In this document: positions 1 through 12,000 of the stretch, piece after piece
Numbering within the stretch: the stretch's first letter is position 1
Layout of the letters: each line of letters opens with the position of its first letter
Assembly: GCA_965178125.1 (NCBI GenBank)
Contig: OZ237741.1
Span: 868,001 to 932,000, forward strand
Direction: 5' to 3'
Source: Bilabrum cf. latius
Taxonomy: Eukaryota
DNA: 64,000 nt
Position numbers and translations under genes: made by a program
The notes under the pieces: generated by a model
Told to the model about the DNA's origin: nothing
The model's input: the letters and a program-made list of their open reading frames with translations, nothing else
Databases searched by the model: none

Positions 1-2
1 TG

Positions 3-3000
3 AACGCATGGATCAGGCACCGGCTGCGCAAGATGGCCAAGCTCGAGTCGCTCGCTGACGCAACCACCGCACAGGCATACGCCGCGGCAGCGGCGCAGGA
101 GCAAGAGGACAACGACAGTAGGGTCAGACAGTCTAGCTCGGCAGCCGCAGCGACTGCTGCTACGTATAGTGACATGGGTGGCACGACAATGCAGGGCTCC
201 TCGTCGGCGACGAGAAACGCGCAATCGGGCCACTAGGGTCACATCGGGGACGGCGGTGTGTCGGCTGCTGTCGATCGGGCCTCTCGTGCTCGCATGGCGG
301 AGCAACGTCGGCTGCTTCGAGAGGCCTTCCGTGGCATGCACTTCCTCCTCACCCAGTTCCCGCAGTCGGAGATGGCCTGCATGCTGGCGTCCATCGGGTT
401 CAGGGACCACAGCCCCTGGCTCTTCCACGAGGCTGTGGCCCTTGCCCGCGCCAGGGGGCTGTCCCCCTCCCTAGACGTGCTATTCCACATCTACTAGCGC
501 GCGACCCAGCTCCGCGAGACGGGGTCTGAAGGAGCGTCCCCCATTGACCGCGTCCTATTCGACTAGATGTTCTCGCAGGCGCAGGAGGCTCGCACCAAGT
601 GCTTCCAGCTGCTTACCAGGCTGTGGGCTACCATGGCGCACACGGCACCTGACCTTGACGAGCTCTGGTCCGTTGGGCTGCAGCTCCAGCGCACACTGCG
701 CAAGGCAGACTCTCTGCACAGGGCCATGCTGGAACTCAATGGGGACAGCGCTAGTGCGCTGAGGGCATACGCTAAGCACTTGCTGGATCTGGGGCAGGAC
801 CCAGACAGGGCACAGGAGCTGCTCAACAAGGCAGATAGGTTGGAGGAGGTGCACAAGAGCGACAAGAGGAAGGTCATTAAAACAGTTACCATGTTGACGC
901 CATTTTCGTCCTCCAGCTCGGCATCCTCGGGCTTCGACAGCGTGGATGCGGGCGGCGGGGCTGGCATGGCCTCTGCAAGTGCAGCGGCGGCCAAGCGGAA
1001 GGAACTGGCAGCCCGTGGGATGCTCGGCGTGTCTGCTGTGGAGATGCTGGATGTCAAGGCGGCCCGCCTGTCCATCATGGATGAGAGCAGTGCAGTGATT
1101 GCCATTTCCGGGCAGGGGTCCTCCACCGGCGAGATCGTGGCTGCGTCACCAGCGGCGTGCAGGATGCTGGGATACACGCAATCAGCGCTGTTGGGCCACA
1201 ACATCAATAGCGTGCTACCGGAGCCCATCCGCTCCGCCCACGACTCATTTCTTAACCGGTTTGCTGCGGCCCCAAGGCAGCGCACTAGGGTGCTCAACCG
1301 GGACCGAGCGGTGTTCTACTAGCGCTAGGACGGCTCCCTCGTTCCGGCATGGAATACAATCATCGAGACACCCCCCGACGAGCAAACCTTTGAGCCCAGG
1401 TTTACTGCTGTGATGCGACCCATCGTAAGCGAGGATGACTACATCACCTTTGCGCCCGCCGACGGAGGATTCCGGATGTACGCGGCTACGCAGAGGTCAG
1501 TCGATCTGCTAGGACTGACGCATGAGCAGTTGGGAGATGGCAGGGCAAGTATGCTAACCTATTTTCCCACGGCAGCTAGCTCCTTTACGTCTGCAACCGT
1601 GGAACTCGACCGGGAGCAAGTGCGACAGCTGCGGTTGCAGTCGGCGGCCCAGGACATCAACCGCCAGTTCGGGTTGCGAAAATTGAATCGGAGGACGCGG
1701 CGAGCCTCGATGCTTCTCAGCAAGGGCAAGCCGTCCGAGCGGGATGGCAGCGTTGCATCAGGCCCGCAGACTGGCGAATCAGGAGCAGCTGCTGCACTAG
1801 ATGGAGATGACTTGATGGATATGCTGAGCCAGCTGGAGGGTTCTGTCGGCGGCACCGGTACAAGCCGCAGCCACAGCAAGGCGACTTTGTTCGTCAATGA
1901 CAAAGGCGTCGTCAACCGATCTGGGAGTGGAAGGGTCCTGCAGGAGGACAGCGATGACGGCACCGAGGGCCCTGGGCTGGGCAAACGCGGCATCCAAATG
2001 AAAACCAGGAACGACTCCCCGAACCAGCGGGGGTCTCTGACGCAACAACAGCAGCAGCAGCTATTGGATCGAGCTGGTACCTCACTATCACTCCGCACAG
2101 ACGGTACTGCAGGAGGCATGCAAGGCTCAGTCGCCTCGGGTGGCCAGCAAGGACGCCGAATCGCCGATGTGAAGCCGCTTCTTAGCCTGATGGGCAGCAA
2201 TTCAGGGCTAATTCCCGCGGTCGGGACCCCATAGGGGGACGTGCTGCTGCTGGGCTCAGTTCAGTTCGTGCCTCTTCCCGCGGGTGCGGGCGACTTCTTC
2301 GTGCTACGTTGGAGGTTCGCTGACAAGCGACAGGAAGAAGAGCTTGCACGGGTGGCAGCTATCAGCATGCCCTCGTCCTCCCTGTCGTCTGACGAGCTGG
2401 AAGAGAATGTTACGGGCTGTGGGGACTTTGACAGTGACAAAGGGTCCGATGTTGCGGTTGGATCCGATGTGTTGTAGGGGCAAAACGGGGGAGAGGCCGG
2501 TGGCTCACAACACCATGTCACGCAGGACCCAGCGGAACTAATGCGACGTGAGCACGCCCTCACGCACAGCGTCGGTGCAGATCACCGCTTCCGGACATCC
2601 TCTGACTCCCGCTCAGCCGTCGCGGAGGAGCAAAGCGGCCAGCAAGAGGTACCACAGCGAAACTCAATGGATTACCTCGGATCTAACGGAGACCACACCA
2701 AGTCAAAATGGCACGAAGAGCACACTGGGGTGCTGGATTCACAGGGCTCTGGCAGCCCCATTTTGCACGAGGGGCCCATCGCGGTCGATGATACTGCGCA
2801 TGTACACGGCACGGGGTCAGCGGCCGATGGGCCCAGAGGCAAAGACAGTACCAGCAAGCCGATGCAACCCACAGAGTCCGACTAGCTCAATCCCACTCTG
2901 TCAAGGAGCAAGCTCCGCACACCAACTAAGGAACGGCATTCGCGCAGGCCCAGCGTAGAGGGGCGCGTGTCGATGGAGCTCCGAGTTTCAAGCGCCAGCA

Positions 3001-5690
3001 GACAACACGGGAGGGTGGACAGCGGAGCTCGAATGGGTTCTTCGATGCGTAAGCACAGAACGACGCAAGGCAACCTATTGTTGTAGCCTGAGGGCTCCTC
3101 TGCACAGATCCGTGAGCCCAGGATGGCGGGTATAGTCAAGGGCATGATGAGGCCTTCTGCGGACTACAAGACCTTTCACATCCCTGTGGCTCGCTCTCAA
3201 CGGACCAAGGGCATAGGTGGGGAGTCCCTAGCAAGCAGCGGATCGAATGCCGTGCTGGCTGTGAGGCGAAATATCCGCAACCTCACCAAAGTAACGGAGC
3301 CAGAGGTAGTCCGGTCGAGGAAGACTCTTATCTTCCTGGTCGTATCCGTCCTCATCATCGGTGTCGCGATGATGATATGGCTCGAGGCACAACTGGTTAC
3401 CCTGCGCTTCCTGACCAAGTCACTGACCAAGTCGGGGGAGCGCATGCTGCAGTTCGAATTCGCCATGAGCTACGCAGAGGACATTGACAGGTACAGCGCC
3501 TCGCTGAACGCCACATCGACCGATTTCGTGCTCGACCTCCACGACACCGGCAGCAGCGCGGGTGCCAACCTGATCAGGGACGTGGCCATGATGACGGCGC
3601 ATGCAAAGGCCATGCGAATCAAGCACGAGGAACTGTATGATTCGCAGGAGGACGGTGGCAAGACGGCATTCTCGTTCGAGATGGACCGCACCATCGACGT
3701 CTTGTAGCCATCGGCTGATGTCGGAAGCGAAGCGACGCAGACGCGCACCACCAATTTGGTGGACCTAGGCATGGAAATGCACGCTGCCTTCGCCCGGTTT
3801 GCAGAGCTCCCAGTGCAGTAGATGAACACGGGTGACTCCGTGTCGCTGCGGTTCCTCCTGGCCAACTATGATGTGTTCATAGGGTCCATGAACCAGAGCC
3901 TAGCGCTGCGGCAGGAGGACTTTGCAAGTGCCATGCCGCGCATTCAGCTCGACATCATCTTGGGAGGGATGCTGTCGTTCCTCATGTGCGCAGGGGTGGC
4001 AGCCCCCGTGTTCTACACAGCCGTGCAGGACATTTCGGATCGCACCACAGCCGTCACCATGCTGCTGCTTCACGTTCCCCGACGCCTGGCCAAGGCCCTC
4101 AAGGACCGGGCGCAGCAAAGTCTTGACCGCATGATCGTGGAGCAGGAAGAGGGAAAGGGCGGAGGGTTGGACGATGAGGTTGGCGAGCAGCAGATGCTGG
4201 TGGATGAGGCGGACGGCGATGAGGCGTACCAAGGGGTCCTGCGGGCAGCGGAGAGGCAGGTCGCCCGGCGCATGGCGCAGCATGCCAGAAACCTCGTATC
4301 CACAGGGTCGCAATCCGAGCTTCTTCCTGGAAAACGGACCCATAGTGTGGCTGACGGAGTCGCATACGTGGACATCCAATCCGCTAGCTAGACGTAGTCT
4401 GGAGACGCGCACCACGACAGCAAAATGAAGCGCAGCAGCTTGGTATTGAGCAGTAAGGTGGTTCCCCACGACGGGAGGAGAATGATCGATTCAGATGCTC
4501 CGAGCGGCCTGCTGGCTACCAAGGCTCACTAGGCGGCATCTAGGCGGCACATGAGCGACGGGTATGCGGGCTCTGCAGCCAACCAAACCTATGCCATCCC
4601 CCCGCCCTCCCGACCCCACCAGACGTCTTCCAGCTTCGTTTCCCGCAAGGTGATGCTCCTATTGTCGCCGGTTATCCTCATCCTTGGCCTACTGAGCTTT
4701 ATATCCGTGTACTTCCGGTTCAGAATGATCACCACGGAGACGGCCATCAAACGAGTGACGGTGGTGGAGCAATCGGCGCTGCACTGCCAGGGGGCAACGC
4801 GCCAGGCCATCCGGATGGTTCTCTCCATCCCCGGTTCGACAGAGTAGATGGACGCATACGAACGGATCGTGCAGCACGACCGTCTTATTACGCAGCAGTC
4901 GGAGCTCATCCAATTCGGCGGGGTCGCTACCAGCGACTTTTCCGACATCGAGGTAGATCTGCCCCCCCTGCCAGCTCGATCCACGGCCCTTGAGCTGCTG
5001 CTGAACGATGCGTGCACACCAGTGTACCAGGAGCGGTGGTCCTCCCGGTCGTGGGACGGTGTACTGGAGCTGGATGACAGCAATGAGGTGCTACCCTTTG
5101 AGGTGAGCAACGCCTCCTCTCTCCTGGAGGTGGTCGCCGTGGATGAGGCGGCCCAGCTCGATGAATGCAGGCAGGTGGAAGGCGGGGCCTTAGGCATTGG
5201 CCTGCTCAGCGGAATCGTGGGGCTAAGGTCCATAATCAAGGATCTCCTGTCTTAGATTTCTCCCGCCGCCCCTGCTGCCATGGGCACGGACGAGAACATC
5301 GATAGGCTGATGCGCATGATCGCGCTCGAGCTACCTCATATGCGGGATGCGTACGGGCTTACCCTGTGGCTAATGGACACAGAGGTTGGTACCATCCTGC
5401 AAGAGACGCGATCCATGGCTCAGATCGTGACGTATGTATTCACTGCCGCATTCACGATGGCGGTGGCCCTGTACTACTGGCCGCAGGCCAGCTCGCTGTA
5501 GGAGTCCCTGTAGTCAGCCAGGGAACTATTGACCCTAGTGCCTGAAGAGGTGCAGATGGTGGTAACTCCGCTGAGGAGGGGGCTACAGGTGATAGCGTCC
5601 AAGCAGGAGACAGGCGAGCAGGGGCTGCCGGGTCTCTCGCCCCAGTCGAGGTGCTGCGGATGCTGCCGGTGCAGGTCAAGGTGCTGCTGA
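3..5690 (+). CDS. PAS-domain multi-pass membrane protein, TmcB/TmcC (tiny macrocysts)-like; 5' end outside window; >1,890 aa if TAG=Gln
   Basis: ORFs 33-236, 258-497, 567-1322, 1410-2234, 2241-2477, 2541-2885, 3123-3707, 3822-4391, 4551-4847, 4848-5255 and 5280-5501 share one frame, separated only by ~18 TAGs; first TGA at 5688-5690. TPR-like ALRAYAKHLLDLGQDPDRAQELLNKADRLEE, PAS fold (GEIVAASPAACRMLGYTQSALLGHNINSVLPEPIRSAHDSFL), paired C-terminal TM helices, Cys-rich tail CCGCCRCRSRCC. Confidence 0.8.
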
Positions 5691-6007
5691 TGAAGGGGGA
5701 AGCATAGTAAGTAGTTGGCAGTTGGTAGTATCACGAGATTTTAATGATGCAAAACGAATTTCGAGCACACTCATCATGTCACCATCGTGACGCGGTGTTC
5801 AACAAATTGCGACCAAAATAGCCTGATGAGACTCGAAGGCCTCTGGCACCACGCACGCGCCAAGCGTGAAGAATGGTACATAGTCTGTCAAGCTCACGAG
5901 CTTGACAGTTCTCTCTTGCGCAAACAGCGAGTCCGTATTAGTAACTGTTTGATTGCAGTCCTTCTGTACGCGATTAAGCCAAGAGCCTGTGGACATTCGT
6001 CAAACAG

Positions 6008-9000
6008 ATGCTTCGCTACTAGTACCTTCTTGCTGGCCTACTTGCTGCTGCTGTGCTCACAACAGGTGAGCTTCTTTTATCGAAGCAGCAAGCTCTTTGT
6101 TTATCTACACTACTAGTCTATAGATCACGGTGCTGACTGGTTCATGTATTGAGAGTCCGTGTAAATTCAAGGCTGAACGAAGATCGCCCACGGCTTTGCA
6201 CTTTTTTTCTGATCAGCTAATACATCTCTCAGGGACCCAAGCGTCGTGCTCAAATGGCCGAAAGGATATTAATGGTAAGGATTAGCCAATAAGCCATGAA
6301 TATCTTTTGAATGGATCGTGTAATGTTCAATGTAGTTCGACTGCTACATTCATTTAGTTTTTGTCGCAAGCGCATGACTGCTTTAAGCCACTGTATCATA
6401 CTCATGTTTTCGATAAAAGCAAGATGAAACAATAGCGTTACCGCAACCGCAGAGTATGGCGTTGACTGTGGGGGTGCGTGCACCCGGACGTGCGACGCGA
6501 ATAGACTCAACATCCGCGACAACTACGGCTCCAGTACCGTGCAGACAGATGGACGAGCTATCACGATGGGATCAAGCCAATCCTCTTGCCCGGGCTCCTG
6601 GACTAGGTCTGGGTCTTACATCTACCAGCGTGCAAACTGCAATGCGAGGTGGTCCGGGCCAGTCCGGGATACCAACAATCGTTGTCACACATGTGGGGGT
6701 GGTGCTATGTACTTGATGCAGCGGTAAGTTCTGAAATCAAAGCTGGCCGTAGCCTCTAATTTTGCCGGAATTTATTTCTTTCACTTTTATATTTGCCTGA
6801 TGTGCTCCCCGCAGCCTCGGCAAGCTCGGCGATTTCGTTGCCGAATTCACCCTGCGCTCCAACGACAACGATGCGTTCGGCGTGGTCTGGTCTCACTCCG
6901 GTGGAACAGGCACCTCGTTCAGCAGCCTGTACGAGATCTCGTATCACTACGGCTCGAGGTGCCTCCAGCTGGTGAAGCGCGAGGGGACCACGAACTGGTA
7001 CCTGCAGAAGACCGCCAACTCCAACTCGTACCGCTACCCCATCCGCACGTTCTTCCGTGTTCGTCTGACATACATTCAGGGCTACATCAAGTTCGAGATC
7101 AGGCACTCCGGCTCGACCTACATCACCGCTCTCGAGTACACGGATCCGAACCCGCTGTCAGCTGGCAACATCGGCTTCTCGAGCTGTGGCCAGCAGAACA
7201 AGTGAGGGTGATTCTTCAGGTGCATCCACCGTTCGTATCGAGGACTTGGTCACTGTATCTCTATGACTGTATCTCTTTGCAACAGTGGCCTTGCATTGCT
7301 GCTGTGCCCATGCCTGCCCTCTCCGCTTTTGCCACCCGAGGTCCCTCGCAGCTACTACCGCATCGATTCTCTCCGGCTACTTGACAACACCTGCGACCGC
7401 ACGCTGCCCAAGTCGTCCTCCTCGCTCAAGATGCACCTGACGTCCGATTCATTCAAGCAGAGCAATATCAATACGGCTGTCAGCTGGTGGCGCGACATCA
7501 GCGGCTACAACAACCACGCCTGGTCCTCGTCCAGCTCTCAGTACCCCAACGTGGCCCGCAGCCGATGGACGGGGCAGAAAGTCATCAGCTTCATCAGCAG
7601 TGACTTAATGAGCATCAGCGGTGCCTACCCGCTAGACCCTCGTGCAGCTGGCATGTCGCTGTACATGGTGATGGATCCGAAGCAGGAGACTGGCGCTATC
7701 CTCATGGGCCCCCAGAGAAGGACAGGTAGTGTGCGCCTGCTCACGGAGCAGTTTTCTGGTATCTCGAACGGTGCTGGCTACTCTGGCTCTAATACCTTGC
7801 GTAATTCGAACTAGTTCTCGTCTCGATTTCACATCAGCCTGGGAGGCGCGCGGCTGTTCGGAGGTGACTATGCGCGGGTCTGGGGCGGCGTTTTTCAGAC
7901 CCAGGACACGAGTGCTTGGATTCGCCTGACTCTCAGAAACATCAACATCGCTGGTTATCGCAACGTTAGGGTCAGATACAGCCTTCGCAGATACGGGTGA
8001 GTTTTCAAACTGTCAGGTATAAATGTTTTTTTGGATAGAGTGTACATCCAAGCGCAGATCTGGTTTCCTCCTGCTACCATGCCAACTCCTTGCAGTGTGA
8101 ACGATAATGGAGACTGCGTCGAAGCGTGGGCTAGCTACAACGGAGGCAGCTCCTACACGCGCCACCACAGGCTCTGTAGAGACGGGTCGTGGCGGTAGTA
8201 CAGCTTCAACGTGCCCTCTACCGCCACCTAGCTTCGAGTGCAATTCCGGATGTTCCACAGCTGGGGGCCCGAGGGTGCGCAGCTCGACAACATCTACATT
8301 GATGGAGAGCCACGATCCTCTTCTATTGGTTACTCGTCATCGGCTGTGATCACGGCTGGTATCGGGATCAGCCCACCCCTCCAGGGATCCAGAGCGGTGG
8401 CCTCTTCCACCCGCGCTGTCAACGACAAGCCCATCGTGCTTTCCATGCGCGTGAACCCACACAACAGCAACAGGAACTCTCGCCTTCGCCTGTCCATGGA
8501 CGGCGTGCAGTTCTACGACGGCAACCGGGCAGGCTTCACCGATGGATCGCCCTACATGTACCACATCTCGCGCCTCTTCGATGGCGGCCAGGAGGGTCTC
8601 CTGTACGAGATGCAGGTGCACGACCGAGGGCTGAGCGATGCAGACCACAGAGAGGTGGAGCAGTCCCTGCTGACCAAGTACAGGATCTCAAGCAGCACAA
8701 CCACGTGTCCCACCATCTCGGGCGACGGAAGTGCCTGGGGCTACGGCAGCGCTACCCGAGTGACTAGCAGTCGCTGTATTGGTGGCCGCACCTCCCAGCA
8801 GTGCCAGTTCAACTGCAACTCCAACTTCATCCCTATTCGCGGCCAGTCCTCGCGCACCTGCACCAACTTCGGTCTGTGGGACGGCGCGCCCCTGTCCTGT
8901 GCGCGGAGCTGTCCCAAGCTCACTGCAGCACGGTCAGCTGGGTGCGAGCGGTCCTACATCGACGAGAGCTTCCGGTCCGGCACTGCCACGCGCGGTGGAG

Positions 9001-12000
9001 GCTCCGACAGACTGGTAGCTCTGCCGTGGCGTGGGTCCACAACCGGGTGGAGTGCTTCCATCCAGCAATGGCGTGTGAACGGCGGTTACCTGAGTCTGAA
9101 CCGCGGCGATTCGTGCTCGACTCTGCAGCGGGCCGACAACTACCTCGTGACGATGGATCAGGGCTGGGAATCCAAGAATTTCCCGCTCGACGTGTCTGCT
9201 GATGTGTATGGGAGCACGGGATCTGCTGGATTTGTGATCCGCACGCAGTTTGACAAGAACGATCCGTACAACAAGGCTATGGCTGACCACTACCTGGTGG
9301 TGATCGACTGGTCCGACAGGCGCATACGGGTGTAGAGGAGGGCAGCAGGAGAGCTGCGTGGTGCTATCTGTAACACGCAGCTGGCCAGCTCTGTGATCAA
9401 GACCAACACGTGGCAGGACCTGCGCGTGCGAGCCGAGGGCAATCGCTTCCAGGTGTACCTGGATGGGACCAGGCGGTGCGACGTGCGGGATGGATCTGCT
9501 GATGCCCTGCCGTCAGGTGGTGCCGGTGTGTACATGGATACTCCTGGAGCGCCCGCCCGCTTCCGTGACCTCAAGATCAAGCAGGTAGACGACACATGCA
9601 TGAATGGATGCGACGAGATGGCAGCTGGCGAGACCTGCACGTTCGCTTGCCAATCACCATTTGTGGCCCGTGGCGATGTGTCTCGCACGTGCCAGACGAA
9701 CGGTGCGTGGAGTGGGACGGCGGTGGGCTGTGGTTATCCACTTCCCACTGTGTCCAATCAGGCCCGTGAGATCCTCGAGGAGAGTCCGGAGAATACCGCA
9801 GTTGGTACCCCATTGACAGCCACGGCCGCTGCTGGTCTCGAGGTGCAGTTCGAGATCGTGTCGGGCAATACTGGCGACGCATTCCGCGTGTCGAGCTGCA
9901 CTGGGCAGCTTCGTGTGGCCACGCCCAGTGCAATCGACTACGAGAGTGGGACACGCACCTTCACCCTGGGCATGCGTGCGATGACCGAGGGCGACACTGA
10001 CGCGGCCGCCACATTCACGGTGACTGTGACTGTACTCGACAGGAACGAGCCCCCGGAGTTTGCGGCACAGTCGCGATCCATCAACGAGAATGCCGCTGCT
10101 GGCACCAATGTTGGAGCTGCCCTAACTGCCACAGACCCTGAGGGCGATGACATCGTGTGGTCCATCGAGCTGGGCAACGCCAACAACGCCTTCCAGATCT
10201 CGTCCAGCGGGCAGCTGACCGCCGGAACCACGACGCCGAGCCCGCTTGATTTCGAACAGACTCCCACGTGGCGCATCGTGGTGCGAGCCGCGAACGTGGA
10301 GGAACAGGATGGCTCCGACGTGGTGGTGGCGTACACGGAGGCCACCATCACCGTGACCCTGAACGACGTGAACGAGCCTCCAGTTGCCAACAACATGACC
10401 GTGAAGATCCTGGAGACTTTCGGACAGCAGGGCCAGACCGGCGCAGATCGCAGCGTGGGCACTCTTGCCATCGTGGACCAGGACGTGGGGCAGACTGTGT
10501 CTCTGGCGGCTGGATCGGGCTACCAGTCCAGCCAGTTCAGCGTGTTTGGCAATGGATCTGTGCGCTTGAAGTCAGGCGTCACGCTGGATTACGAGACCCG
10601 ACCCGTGGTGCTGGTGCCCTTTATCGCATCGGACGACCACAGCCCCTCTGCGTCAGCTCAAGGCTTTGTGGTGATTGAGCTGGAGGACGTGAATGAGAGT
10701 CCTGTGGTGTCTTGGCCGGGCGAGTCAGGCGTGCCTGCTTTGAGTGTGCTGGAGGACGCCGGTGTCGGCGACGAGGTGGGCCGGATCGTGGCCACGGATC
10801 CCGATCGCGGGCAGCTGGCTCGCTTCCGCATCGACTCGCAGAGCCCAGCAGGCAAGTTGCTCATCAACACGGAGACTGGCATGATCACGCTGGCCGCCCC
10901 TCCCGCAGGCTCCATCGGCCCATTGCTGGACACGGAGACGCAGCCCACGCTTGGTGCCAACATCACAGTGTACGACACGGAGTTTGAGGTGCATCGTGAG
11001 GTGATCATCACTGTGGCGAATGTGGACGAGCCTCCAGTATTCACGACTGCCAGGCAGGGTGCTCTGGGTGTCAACGAGAACTCTGAGTCTGCTTCTGCCG
11101 CTGCTCGCACCTCAGTCGGCACCGTTCGTGCCAACGACCCCGAGTCTGGGACTGGCTCAGGTGTGACGTACAGCATCGTGTCATAGGATGCCACGAGGGC
11201 CGGTCACACGGCTCCCTTCGTGCTGGACTCCACCACCGGGCTGCTGCAGGTGAACGACGCGGAACAGGGAGGCGAGAAACCCGACCTGGATCACGAGTTC
11301 CAGGGCGGGTACATGGCCATCAATATCAGTGCCTCGGATGGCAGCGCCCCGGCCGGTGCCACCGTGATGGAGTTCCTGGTGACCATCCGCAATGTGAACG
11401 AGGCCCCGTCTCTGGATGCCTCGAGCGGCAACTTCTTCGCAGCAGCCTCTCGAGCCGGCACGATTGGGCGCCCCCTCGCGACATTCGTCGCGGACGAGGA
11501 CCTGCAGAGCAGCACGTTCACGGAGCGGTTCAACTTCTCGATCACGGCAGGAGACAGTGACGGTATCTTCAGCGTGGAGCAGGGTACTGGCCAGCTGTTT
11601 GTGACTGCCACTAACGCGGCCAAGGACGGCTTCGCCTTCTCGTCCACCGGCGTAGCAGGAGCCAACCAGTTCAGTCTGAGTGTCCAGGTGACAGACAAGG
11701 AGGGCCTGACTGGTACCGGCACTGTGCTTGTGCAACTGACTGATACCAACCTAGCGCCGACGTTCAGTGCCACATCGTTCACCATTGCTGTGGATGAGAA
11801 CGCAGCGGATGCTACGCTTGTGGGCCGCATCGATGCTTCGGATGCCAATGATGGACAGACAGTCTCGTTTTCCTTGGCACCGACCGGTGCCTCTGCCAAC
11901 GCTCCGTTCCCGTTCGTGGTGCAGAGCGCCACTGGCGGTGATGTCAGCAGCGGCGCAGACGGCACAGCCATCATCCAGGTGGCATCTGGTTCCGGTGGAG

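Noticed and set aside
2043-2061. Short CAA/CAG run
   Set aside because: An ordinary poly-Gln tract within the coding frame, not an independent repeat element.
5787-6116. 109-aa ORF upstream of cadherin A
   Set aside because: Overlaps the signal-peptide exon (6008-6065) in another frame and runs into intron 1; no recognisable product.
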